From positions 7,197 through 71,196 of IMG/VR virus record IMGVR_UViG_3300024346_000025: a DNA stretch of 64,000 nucleotides. The stretch is one strand, 5' to 3'. The position numbers were made by a program, and so were the translations under genes. Of the stretch, positions 56,181 through 64,000 are shown in pieces. Within the stretch, counting starts at the first letter, position 1. Each line of letters begins with the position of its first letter. This DNA comes from a virus (Duplodnaviria > Heunggongvirae > Uroviricota > Caudoviricetes). The notes under the pieces were generated by a model. The model saw only the letters and a program-made list of their open reading frames with translations. It did no database searches and was not told the origin of the DNA.

Positions 56181-57105
56181 AGGCTGCTATGACGCCTACG
56201 TCAGGAAGGCAAATATTTGGCCATGGTAGGGAATCCATAAACGGGAGAGAGTTAATCCATCCCATCATCATGTCTGTGGAATACTGCGAGCATTTCGTCT
56301 GTAGTGATTTAATGCCTTCCTGTAATTCTAATTCTGGAATTTCAAAGCCCGCAAATAGTGGGTCAGGCAAATCCGAAATGTTCACACCAGGGAAACCAGG
56401 GATGCCTGCGATTGCTAACGCTTTTAGATCGGCTAAGGATGGCGTAGCTGGGAGCAATGCTAAAAGATCGGCTGTGGTTGGTAGAGATAATAGTGTAAAC
56501 GCAAGCATATAATCGCCGCCGACTGCACCGCCACCCACCAATGCAGCAACCGCATCTGAGATTGCTGATGCTCCTCCAAAGATTAGCATATAGATTGTGC
56601 TTGTATAGCCACGTATAATATTTTGCAGTGCTACGCCAAATTCGTAGTCAGGAATTCCTAAGCCCTGGAATAATGGATCCGAAACAAACGGCTGTAAAAA
56701 TCCTAAGAATGAAAAATCACCAGCTATTGCGTATTGTGCTTTTAATGCTGCTATTAAGTCATTTGCGTTAGCTGTCAACAAATCCACAAAGCTTACACCT
56801 ATGCCCGGGATATCTGGAATCGGAATCGTAATGCCTAAAATACTGTCGATACCATCAAGCAATGTTGCTAGTGATTGTAGTTGTAAACCTGCAAAAAATT
56901 CAGTTGCCAGTGCATTAAGCTCCATTGGTATGTTGCTCATTGAGGGCATTAATGGATTCGGCATTGACGGTATAGGAAATGGAAACGCTGATATTGACAA
57001 GGTCATGGGTGTAAACAGCGGTGTGCTTGGCGCGAGTGCCATCATTGCGGCTGTTACACTGCTAAAACTAGGGAGTGCCGGTCCTACGTCAAAACACAAG
57101 CCCAT
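56179..57105 (-). CDS. Pro-rich hydrophobic structural protein (308 aa)
   Basis: Directly downstream of the spike gene with an ATGA overlap. Confidence 0.45.
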   Translation of the reverse strand: MGLCFDVGPALPSFSSVTAAMMALAPSTPLFTPMTLSISAFPFPIPSMPNPLMPSMSNIPMELNALATEFFAGLQLQSLATLLDGIDSILGITIPIPDIPGIGVSFVDLLTANANDLIAALKAQYAIAGDFSFLGFLQPFVSDPLFQGLGIPDYEFGVALQNIIRGYTSTIYMLIFGGASAISDAVAALVGGGAVGGDYMLAFTLLSLPTTADLLALLPATPSLADLKALAIAGIPGFPGVNISDLPDPLFAGFEIPELELQEGIKSLQTKCSQYSTDMMMGWINSLPFMDSLPWPNICLPDVGVIAA

Positions 57106-58394
57106 TAGCTAGTGCCTTTGTTTACGTGGTCAGGACACGGCTCATACGTAGGTAGGCGTGAGACGACCGTGTCTAAGCTTGCTGTTTGTCTTGTAAAGCC
57201 ATCGCTCTCAAACCCAACCAACACGTTTGTTTTGCTTGTTGTACTTGGTGGTGTAGCATCTGCGGGCTGTGCTTTGCCTTTCTGTATGTTCACCATTGCA
57301 CCGTCAAAGCTTACGTCAGCATCTGCACGACCGTGTATCTGCAATCCTTTCAGTGACATCTTACCTGCTGCATCAAAAACAATTCCTGCATCAGCGTTTA
57401 CATCAAAACTATTAGTTTGTACAGCTATGGCGCTTGCAGCTCTCATATTGATAGAATCACCAGCTTCAATATTTACATTACGATCCGCACGTAGGTTTAT
57501 GTCCTCTTGTGCGCGTACACTGACCGACTTCGCACCAAAAATATCTACGTTGCCATCAGCGTCCATTTGTATCCAACCAGTGCCAGCCTTGTTGATCGCA
57601 TACACAATGCCGTTTGTCTCGTCAATCAATAATTGGGCACCACTGCGTGTACGTATGCGCACATGCTCTTGTGTTGCTCCATCATCCAAGTAGAAAGATG
57701 AGCCGCCCAATCTTTTGCCCCCGTTGCCGTCTATCGAGTCTTGCGTTGTCTTGCTTGTATCAACTGGACCTGGTGTCAAAAATCCGTATGTTTGGGATGG
57801 TGCTTCACGTCTTGCGCTAGTAGTTGTTGTGCCGCGTATTGCGTCATTTATCAAGCCTTGCGCTGCAATGCCTACCTTTGCTGATGGTAGCTCAGGGCGG
57901 AGCATGTCATCTTTTGGTTTCTCTTTGGTGCGCCTGTTGTACTCCATAAGCGGAACATCTTGCGTGTTCTGAAAGTTTTTGCCTGCGGGAATACCTGGCA
58001 CCATGTTGTTCATGTTTTGCTGATATAAACAACCAAACCAAATGCCTCGGCTTGGATCACCGCTAATAAAAGTTACGACAACAAGATTTTCTATGTCAGG
58101 TGGAACAGCCCACCAACCATAACTGGTTTGGGTGTCTGAACTTTTTGAGACGTTTGTTCCTAGGTTATTTGGGCTAGTTGCGCCAGCGAAAGGTGATGCG
58201 TAGCTAACGGTGAACCATCCTCGTTCGTCTTTGGGGTCACTGTTGAATTCTGGAATCCACACTTGTAACCTACCCATCTTCTGCACATCGCGATTGTCTT
58301 TGACAATGCCCATGAACACGCCTGTGTAGGATTTGGTTCTCCCCATGTCCTCAAAGTTAGGACTGACCTTGTGTGTTCTTGAAATATTTGCCAT
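57105..58394 (-). CDS. baseplate central spike (gp5 / gpV / VgrG-like)
   Basis: N-terminal OB-fold-type motif GVFMGIVKDNRDVQKMGRLQVWIPEF…GWFTVSYASPFAG; C-terminal beta-helical repeats (NLRADRNVNIEAGDSINMRA…). Confidence 0.7.
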   Translation of the reverse strand: MANISRTHKVSPNFEDMGRTKSYTGVFMGIVKDNRDVQKMGRLQVWIPEFNSDPKDERGWFTVSYASPFAGATSPNNLGTNVSKSSDTQTSYGWWAVPPDIENLVVVTFISGDPSRGIWFGCLYQQNMNNMVPGIPAGKNFQNTQDVPLMEYNRRTKEKPKDDMLRPELPSAKVGIAAQGLINDAIRGTTTTSARREAPSQTYGFLTPGPVDTSKTTQDSIDGNGGKRLGGSSFYLDDGATQEHVRIRTRSGAQLLIDETNGIVYAINKAGTGWIQMDADGNVDIFGAKSVSVRAQEDINLRADRNVNIEAGDSINMRAASAIAVQTNSFDVNADAGIVFDAAGKMSLKGLQIHGRADADVSFDGAMVNIQKGKAQPADATPPSTTSKTNVLVGFESDGFTRQTASLDTVVSRLPTYEPCPDHVNKGTS

Positions 58395-60946
58395 TATGTG
58401 CCTTCGTTGCTTGTGTCTATTAGAGTTGGGTTGAGGCCTGCGAGATCGCCATCTAAATAACGTAAATTAATATGTGGGAAGCGAATTGCATTTATGGTTT
58501 GTGTAAACTGTCCCTCAGCAAATTCGTGTGTAACTTTCTGCACACCGTATACACCGTTTAATACTGTATTCGTTGTAAATTTAGGTGTTAGACCTGTTTC
58601 TGCATCTGGCATTTGCGGTGAGAAGCTGCGGAATAAAACGAATATTTCCTGGTCTGCCGTATCTACTGTTCCGATGGCACCAGAGTCGTAGGTTCCATCT
58701 ATGGGATTTCTGCTTTCTAAAACCCTGTCCATTGGCGAATTAAATTGATATTTCTTACCAAGCGGTGCTGGTTCAATCCAATACGGATCACCTTTCACCT
58801 TCAGTTCAATATTAAATAAATCCGCGGACACCGGGGACATGGCATCTTCCATCAATGCACTAAGTATTGAGCGGCCTGTGTTAGACATGTTTCCTAAACT
58901 AATAGCGTTACCTTCTCCTGGTTTAGCTTCTGTAAACATTTGGTGTCCCAGCGGACTCTGCTCACCATGTACCTTACTTGATTCTGAAGATTGACCACCT
59001 AAATATAACTCGCTGTCTTGTGTTATTCCAACGGCTGCACTGACTTGTGCACCTAAATCTACAAAATGAGTTGATGCCCATGTATCAATTCCCTGCGTTA
59101 GTGCATTTGAAGATCCTAAAACTGCTGAGGATGCATCTATATTAAATGCTTGGTCAGTTGAGTCAGTGGTTGCTGAATAATTTAACTGTGTGAAATCAAC
59201 AGCCGCAGCACTCACATCTGTTGCGGTATTTGTTGTGCCACTTAATGACCAAGGGTTATCAGCAGTCACAAATATATTAGTACCTTCTGGCGAGTTAGAC
59301 CCGCTAACAGTTGCGGCTTTTTTACTGTCTAATAGTTGGGCATCAATTTGGGCACCGCCTTCATAGTTTGTAGAGTTGTTAGTTCCACCTTGATATGGTA
59401 GTACCGAATACCACTGAAAATTGAATGTTATATCGAAGTCCAGTACCTGATCGTTTAAACCCGTATAAATGTAATCATATCGTTTCCGTAATACCTGTTT
59501 CTGTAATAAATCACTGACTCGTTGGTTTGTTGTTAATTCTGAACTATCGTTTGATTTACTTTTTAGTGTGGGTTTTCCATACGGGACGATCAAATACTTG
59601 TATCGTAATTGATAATCTCCGCGTCTCTCATCGTACTGGATAATTTCTACATCTGTTATTACTTTCCATAGTTTTTGGTTCTGTACCTTACTGGTTTGTC
59701 CTGGTTGACCTATAGAATCTGCATCATCCACTGCGCTTGCAGCTTCTTGAAAGTATGTTGTTGTACAAAGAACTGTATCTATAATCTTCGCAATAGACGT
59801 GCCTTTTGAGAATGTTGCGATAGTTTTTCCATCTTCAACAATAAATGTATTCGAACGGCCAGGTGTATCTTCTAGATTGTCTGGGATTATTTTTTCTTTT
59901 GCTACATCGCTGTCAATAATAAATTTATATTCATCTGGATATAATTGTTTTGATGAGAAACTTTTTTCTAGTTGACGAGCATACAAGTATTTCTCCAAAT
60001 TACTAAAATATTCTCCGACAGTTGCAGCAGGGAGCGCCGAAACTTCACTGAGATCTGATGCATGGTTAGAGCTTGCTTTATCGCCTGCAATTATTCCGCT
60101 TATGTCGTATGTACTGCCGCCTCCGCTTATGTTAATTGCTGTTTGTAATATATAGATTGGCCATGTCCAAACTTGGTTCGATAGAGTACCATCTGTTATT
60201 GGCTTGAAGTCCCCGCCCTCATCTGGATTGCGAGCACGAAAAGATAGTTCTAAAAAGTACGGAAATGCGCGAAAGTTTTTGATACCAAATTCAGTTGCAT
60301 AGGCACTAATTTTATCGAGGAACGTTGCTCCAAGAGGCTCTTGTAATACCATATCAAACTTCCACGATGTACCAGTGCCTGTTTCTCTCGTAATACCAAT
60401 AATAGATTCAATATTTACACTTGTAATACCCATTTCACCGGAGCCAGATTCAGCTAATACTCTTATATCTTCTGCTGTTACATTCTTTGCTATTACAGCT
60501 TCTTCTCTTGCCAGATATAAACGAAAATGGTATGTGTAATTAGAATACTCATCTAACACATTTGATTGTATACTATCTTCTTCTTTTTCATTTGTTAATC
60601 TAGGCTGTTTTGGTTTTATCGTTTCGGTTGTTGCAGATGCAGATGCAGATGCTGATTCTGATTTTGATTCTTTTGACAGTCTTATACTTTCCGTGGATAA
60701 TGCAGTACCCGCCTGTATTTGTATACTAGACGTTCCATATTGGCTTCGCCCAGCCAACCCGTCTGATCCTGTTCCGCCCAGTGCATATGTGTATGATGAT
60801 AGTGCAGCCTGATCATCGCCTTGCATGGGTGTTTGCCAGTTCCCGTTAAGTCGGTATGCGGTGTTAGCTGCTAGCCATTCTGGGTCAGGTGTATTAATGG
60901 CATCGAGGTTGGCGCGCTGGTTGGTTTCGTCGGCATTTCTCGGCAT
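58394..60946 (-). CDS. baseplate hub-like structural protein (850 aa)
   Basis: Sits between the tail X-like gene and the spike gene (gpD/gp27 position); Ser/Ala-rich linker SASASASATT. Function inferred from gene order only. Confidence 0.4.
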   Translation of the reverse strand: MPRNADETNQRANLDAINTPDPEWLAANTAYRLNGNWQTPMQGDDQAALSSYTYALGGTGSDGLAGRSQYGTSSIQIQAGTALSTESIRLSKESKSESASASASATTETIKPKQPRLTNEKEEDSIQSNVLDEYSNYTYHFRLYLAREEAVIAKNVTAEDIRVLAESGSGEMGITSVNIESIIGITRETGTGTSWKFDMVLQEPLGATFLDKISAYATEFGIKNFRAFPYFLELSFRARNPDEGGDFKPITDGTLSNQVWTWPIYILQTAINISGGGSTYDISGIIAGDKASSNHASDLSEVSALPAATVGEYFSNLEKYLYARQLEKSFSSKQLYPDEYKFIIDSDVAKEKIIPDNLEDTPGRSNTFIVEDGKTIATFSKGTSIAKIIDTVLCTTTYFQEAASAVDDADSIGQPGQTSKVQNQKLWKVITDVEIIQYDERRGDYQLRYKYLIVPYGKPTLKSKSNDSSELTTNQRVSDLLQKQVLRKRYDYIYTGLNDQVLDFDITFNFQWYSVLPYQGGTNNSTNYEGGAQIDAQLLDSKKAATVSGSNSPEGTNIFVTADNPWSLSGTTNTATDVSAAAVDFTQLNYSATTDSTDQAFNIDASSAVLGSSNALTQGIDTWASTHFVDLGAQVSAAVGITQDSELYLGGQSSESSKVHGEQSPLGHQMFTEAKPGEGNAISLGNMSNTGRSILSALMEDAMSPVSADLFNIELKVKGDPYWIEPAPLGKKYQFNSPMDRVLESRNPIDGTYDSGAIGTVDTADQEIFVLFRSFSPQMPDAETGLTPKFTTNTVLNGVYGVQKVTHEFAEGQFTQTINAIRFPHINLRYLDGDLAGLNPTLIDTSNEGT

Positions 60947-61242
60947 TAGCTTAGTGTCTCAACTACTTGGGCTGATGGAATAATAATTTCCAAACCAGCA
61001 ACAAAGTCTTCAATCGGATCAACAAGAATATCTTTGTTTCTCGCTGCAAAAACCCACCACAGTCTTGGTGAGCCGTATATGTCTTGTGCTAGGGTGTCTG
61101 GCCGCTTGTCGTATTTAGATTCAAGAATCATCTTATAGTCATTAGCTGAGACAGGAATTTCCCTTGCATTCCATAGATCAAGATAAAAATCTTTTATTGG
61201 AGTGGTGTAATATGGGCTGCTTACTTTGTTAATACGTGACAT
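60946..61242 (-). CDS. tail protein X-like (LysM-like) protein (98 aa)
   Basis: …YKMILESKYDKRPDTLAQDIYGSPRLWWVFAARNKDILVDP…GLEIIIP matches the GDTL..IA…YG…W..I..AN…L..G..L.IP pattern. Confidence 0.5.
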   Translation of the reverse strand: MSRINKVSSPYYTTPIKDFYLDLWNAREIPVSANDYKMILESKYDKRPDTLAQDIYGSPRLWWVFAARNKDILVDPIEDFVAGLEIIIPSAQVVETLS

Positions 61243-61880
61243 TATAAGAATCCTTTTGAAAGTAGATCGCCTGTTTTAAATTTTGCAAGGTCAAATTCCT
61301 TGCGTACTTTTGATGGGTTTTGTTGTACAAGTAAGGTTACGGTCATATTCAATGATGTTGGTACATAACTAGTAGTATTATTGGGACCAGGAACAGATAC
61401 ATAATCTATATCTCGTTCTAATTGATAATTCACAGTAGACACGACAACCGGCACATTATTAAATTGATGGTCACCCATATAGTTGAATCGTAATACTGGA
61501 GGCGGCGTGCCTGCCCTTCCAGCTTTGGCAGCTTCGTCACCAAATTCAATCATTGTCATAGCACGTAAAAAGTGTATAACAGCTAATACGTATCGAGCTT
61601 CAGACACAGTCTGTGCAGTGAACATGCCTACCACGGTTATTTCCGCAGGCATAGATTTTACGTAATTTTGGTAAGGATAGTTGCTATGTGTAAAGTGAAA
61701 ATTATTATATTCTGCGGATGCGCCAAACATGATATCTGGAGTATATGGCCAGACTACACCTCTAGTTTTCCAAAGCGGTGCTAGAATATTTTCATCGCAA
61801 TAGGCAGGACCAAGAACCTCTGTTTTACCGGCAATAGTTTTCGATGCCGGTCCTAATCTTGCTCTCATTTTATCTTCCAT
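61242..61880 (-). CDS. tail / baseplate structural protein (212 aa)
   Basis: First gene of the minus-strand module in this window; GAGGAG RBS. Confidence 0.45.
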   Translation of the reverse strand: MEDKMRARLGPASKTIAGKTEVLGPAYCDENILAPLWKTRGVVWPYTPDIMFGASAEYNNFHFTHSNYPYQNYVKSMPAEITVVGMFTAQTVSEARYVLAVIHFLRAMTMIEFGDEAAKAGRAGTPPPVLRFNYMGDHQFNNVPVVVSTVNYQLERDIDYVSVPGPNNTTSYVPTSLNMTVTLLVQQNPSKVRKEFDLAKFKTGDLLSKGFL

Positions 61881-61910
61881 AATACACTCCTCAGTTGCAT
61901 ACTATTTACC

Positions 61911-61920
61911 TGATAAATAA
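61911..61920 (+). promoter_or_regulatory. late-promoter-like / UP-like motif CTGATAAATAA
   Basis: About 30 nt upstream of the -35 box at 61950. Confidence 0.25.
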
Positions 61921-61949
61921 TATATAGTTTTAATTTTCTGTTAAAAGAC

Positions 61950-61978
61950 TTGACAATTAGTGGAAAAGACGCTATAAT
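61950..61978 (+). promoter_or_regulatory. sigma70-type promoter TTGACA-17-TATAAT
   Basis: TTGACA 61950-61955; TATAAT 61973-61978; AAGGAGG RBS before the ATG at 62006. Confidence 0.6.
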
Positions 61979-62005
61979 AATAGGAACGCAGTCGTAAGGA
62001 GGAAC

Positions 62006-62839
62006 ATGGCTAAGACTAACTATTTAAGCAATAAACAGCTATTAAAAGAAATACACAGAAGTAAACGCTCGTATTGCGAATTCACCGCCCCGCATTATCA
62101 CCAATATGATGTAATAGTAGAAGAACTTGATGAAATTTTTGAGCCTGAAACCATAAAATTAGCAAGAAAGAATAAAGCGGCTCGTTTGGCACAAGCAAAT
62201 CACAAAGCTGCCGTAGAGGCACACACAGGATCACCTTCTGCAAAACCTCGGTTGATCGACCATAAAATTGATCCTACAACATTAGCAGCAGATGAGCTTG
62301 TATACCGTGTAATTGATTACACCCACATACCGCTCGAACCTGGACGTAAGAAGAATCCGCGCAAAGAAGCAGAGCATTATGCGCGATTGAATTTTATTCC
62401 CTTCAAGCACTATGTTGTGAAGGATGGTAAGGCTATAGAGGTTGGTCGCAGCCATTGTCAAAATGGTGAATTTTGCCAGACACATGGTGCGATGACTGAC
62501 ACGCTGGCGCGTATGTTTATGTTGCTTGTAGAGCGTTATAGTCAAAGATCAAACTGGCGCGCATATACATATCTCGATGAGATGAAGGGGCAAAGCTTAT
62601 TGCAACTTTCATCTATGGGGCTACAGTTTAACGAATATAAGAGTGATAACCCGTTTGCGTATTACACGGCTGCAATCTCAAACACGTTTACACGGGTGTT
62701 GAATATCGAAAAGAAGAATCAAAATGTGCGTGATGAAATCCTCATTAGCAGAGGACAAACGCCGAGCTTCTCAAAACAAATACAATATGAGGAAGGTCTG
62801 CGCCTACTGCGCGAATCGAATATCGAAAACGAGGATTAA
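62006..62839 (+). CDS. late-transcription sigma factor, T4 gp55-like (277 aa)
   Basis: N-terminus NYLSNKQLLKEI versus T4 gp55 NYVNNKELLQAI; …NPFAYYTAAISNTFTRVL… versus NPHAYITQACFNAFVQRI. Both T4 gp55 strings are recalled from memory. Sits upstream of the gp47 and gp46 homologues as in T4. Confidence 0.55.
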   Translation: MAKTNYLSNKQLLKEIHRSKRSYCEFTAPHYHQYDVIVEELDEIFEPETIKLARKNKAARLAQANHKAAVEAHTGSPSAKPRLIDHKIDPTTLAADELVYRVIDYTHIPLEPGRKKNPRKEAEHYARLNFIPFKHYVVKDGKAIEVGRSHCQNGEFCQTHGAMTDTLARMFMLLVERYSQRSNWRAYTYLDEMKGQSLLQLSSMGLQFNEYKSDNPFAYYTAAISNTFTRVLNIEKKNQNVRDEILISRGQTPSFSKQIQYEEGLRLLRESNIENED

Positions 62840-62842
62840 GGA

Positions 62843-63862
62843 ATGGCTCAAGAGCAGTTGTTTAAGAAGGCAGCGGTCTTTACGGATATACACTTTGGCT
62901 TGAAGCATAACTCGCGGCAACATAACAACGATTGTCAGCGTTTTGTGGAATGGTTCTGTGAGGAAGCAAAAGCGCGCGGATGTGATACATGTTTCTTTTT
63001 AGGAGACTGGCACCATCATCGTGCGTCTATAAACGTCACCACACTCAACTACACACTCAATAATTTAGAGACACTCAACAATACTTTTGAAAAAGTGTAT
63101 TTCATTACTGGCAATCACGATCTATATTACAGGGAAAAACGTGACATGCATTCCTTGCCTATGTTACACAAATTCCCCAATATTGTTGTTGTGGATGAAA
63201 TATTAGTCGAAGGTGATGTTGCGGTTGTTCCGTGGCTTGTGGCTAACGAGTGGAAAGACATTGAGAAAATAAAGTCGAAATACATGTTTGGTCACTTTGA
63301 GATACCGCATTTTTATATGAACGCGCTGGTCTCGATGCCAGATCATGGTACACTACAAGAAACACATTTTATAAACCAGGAATATGTTTTCTCAGGCCAT
63401 TTTCACAAACGCCAGCAACGAGGCAAAGTACATTACGTTGGGAATCCCTTTGGTCATAACTATGCTGACATTTGGGATTTTGAACGTGGCGCAATGTTTT
63501 TGGAATGGGGTGGTGTCCCCGAATATGTAGACTGGGAAAATGGACCTCGGTACATTACGCTGAACCTAAGTGAGCTACTGGAGTATCCTGACAAATACTT
63601 GAACGAGTATACACATGCAAAAGTTACGCTGGATGTGGACATCTCGTATGAGGAGGCAAATTTTTTGCGTGAGACGTTTCAGGAAACCTATAACATACGT
63701 GAGCTACGTTTGATCCCTAAGAAGGATGAGGATCTTATAAACACTGATTCAGGTGACATTACGTTTGAAACAGTGGATCAGATTGTTACAGATCAGCTTA
63801 CGGCGATAGACAGTCAAAATTTTGATAAAAACAAATTGATTGAGATTTATAGTAACTTATGA
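62843..63862 (+). CDS. Mre11/SbcD-family recombination nuclease (T4 gp47-like)
   Basis: Calcineurin-like phosphoesterase motifs VFTDIHFG, FLGDWHHH, ITGNHD, GHFE and SGHFH. Confidence 0.85.
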   Translation: MAQEQLFKKAAVFTDIHFGLKHNSRQHNNDCQRFVEWFCEEAKARGCDTCFFLGDWHHHRASINVTTLNYTLNNLETLNNTFEKVYFITGNHDLYYREKRDMHSLPMLHKFPNIVVVDEILVEGDVAVVPWLVANEWKDIEKIKSKYMFGHFEIPHFYMNALVSMPDHGTLQETHFINQEYVFSGHFHKRQQRGKVHYVGNPFGHNYADIWDFERGAMFLEWGGVPEYVDWENGPRYITLNLSELLEYPDKYLNEYTHAKVTLDVDISYEEANFLRETFQETYNIRELRLIPKKDEDLINTDSGDITFETVDQIVTDQLTAIDSQNFDKNKLIEIYSNL

Positions 63863-64000
63863 TTACAATAAAAAATATTACAATAAAAAACTTCATGTCC
63901 GTCGGGCAGGTTACACAAAGCATTAATTTTGAGAATCAGGATTTGGTCCTTGTGCTTGGTGAAAACTTAGACCTCGGTGGTAATGATTCGCGCAACGGTG
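63859..64000 (+). CDS. Rad50/SbcC-family ATPase (T4 gp46-like), N-terminal fragment; runs off the window
   Basis: The ATG overlaps the preceding TGA (ATGA); …IKNFMSVGQVTQSINFENQDLVLVLGENLDLGGNDSRNG has the typical Rad50 N-terminal / P-loop approach. Confidence 0.55.
   Translation, partial: MITIKNITIKNFMSVGQVTQSINFENQDLVLVLGENLDLGGNDSRNG

Noticed and set aside
61881-61949. T4-type late promoter for the first minus-strand structural gene in the 61881-61949 gap
   Set aside because: Only imperfect matches on the minus sense (GGTAAATAGTATG, CTATATATTATTTATC). Too degenerate to call.
1-64000. Prophage or integration signals (integrase, att repeats, flanking host genes)
   Set aside because: None present. 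Gene content is entirely phage-like, with lytic T4-like replication and late-transcription genes.

Overview
This window is about 64 kb of a lytic, distantly T4-like dsDNA phage genome. There is no integrase, no attachment (att) site and no host flanking sequence. Protein motifs were recognised by eye, not by search.

**Plus-strand early region (1–35.7 kb)**
- Tightly packed early, replication and metabolic genes.
- Replication and recombination genes:
  - family-B DNA polymerase
  - possible sliding clamp
  - 5'-3' exonuclease (RNase H-like)
  - Mre11/SbcD (gp47) and the start of Rad50/SbcC (gp46)
  - a late-sigma-factor (gp55)-like protein
- Other recognisable genes:
  - peptide deformylase
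  - glutaredoxin
  - NADAR/YbiA domain protein
  - RtcB RNA ligase
  - MoxR AAA+ ATPase paired with a VWA/HExxH-metallopeptidase protein
  - SPFH/flotillin-like protein
  - HtrA-like secreted serine protease
  - HNH endonuclease
  - Gpt-like phosphoribosyltransferase
  - GT-B glycosyltransferase
- The early region is punctuated by at least eight near-consensus sigma70 promoters (TTGAC[AT]-17 nt-TATAAT) and several intrinsic terminators.

**Minus-strand structural module (35.7–61.9 kb)**
- A baseplate and tail-fibre module with a LysM-like tail X protein, a gp5/gpV-like spike, a gp25/GpW-like wedge protein and a 1460-aa baseplate-J/gp6-like protein.
- Also a 4005-aa giant structural protein with a repeated ~150-aa domain near both ends, several tail-fibre-like proteins, and a small Imm-like membrane protein.

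**Most notable observations**
- Seven otherwise unrelated small genes all begin with the same ~30-nt sequence encoding MNDMRKLME. The motif ends in an L-x-E site like the T4 prohead-protease cleavage consensus, so these could be capsid-targeted internal proteins.
- A putative 7-deazaguanine DNA-modification cluster: a DpdA/TGT-like transglycosylase, QueD and QueE, a Gpt-like phosphoribosyltransferase and a glycosyltransferase. No QueC or FolE was found in the window.
- A recurrent TGATAAATAA motif (T4 late-promoter-like) sits upstream of late-type genes on both strands.
- A small plus-strand gene with its own promoter and terminator is embedded in the minus-strand baseplate operon.

No tRNA genes, CRISPR arrays or transposable elements were found.
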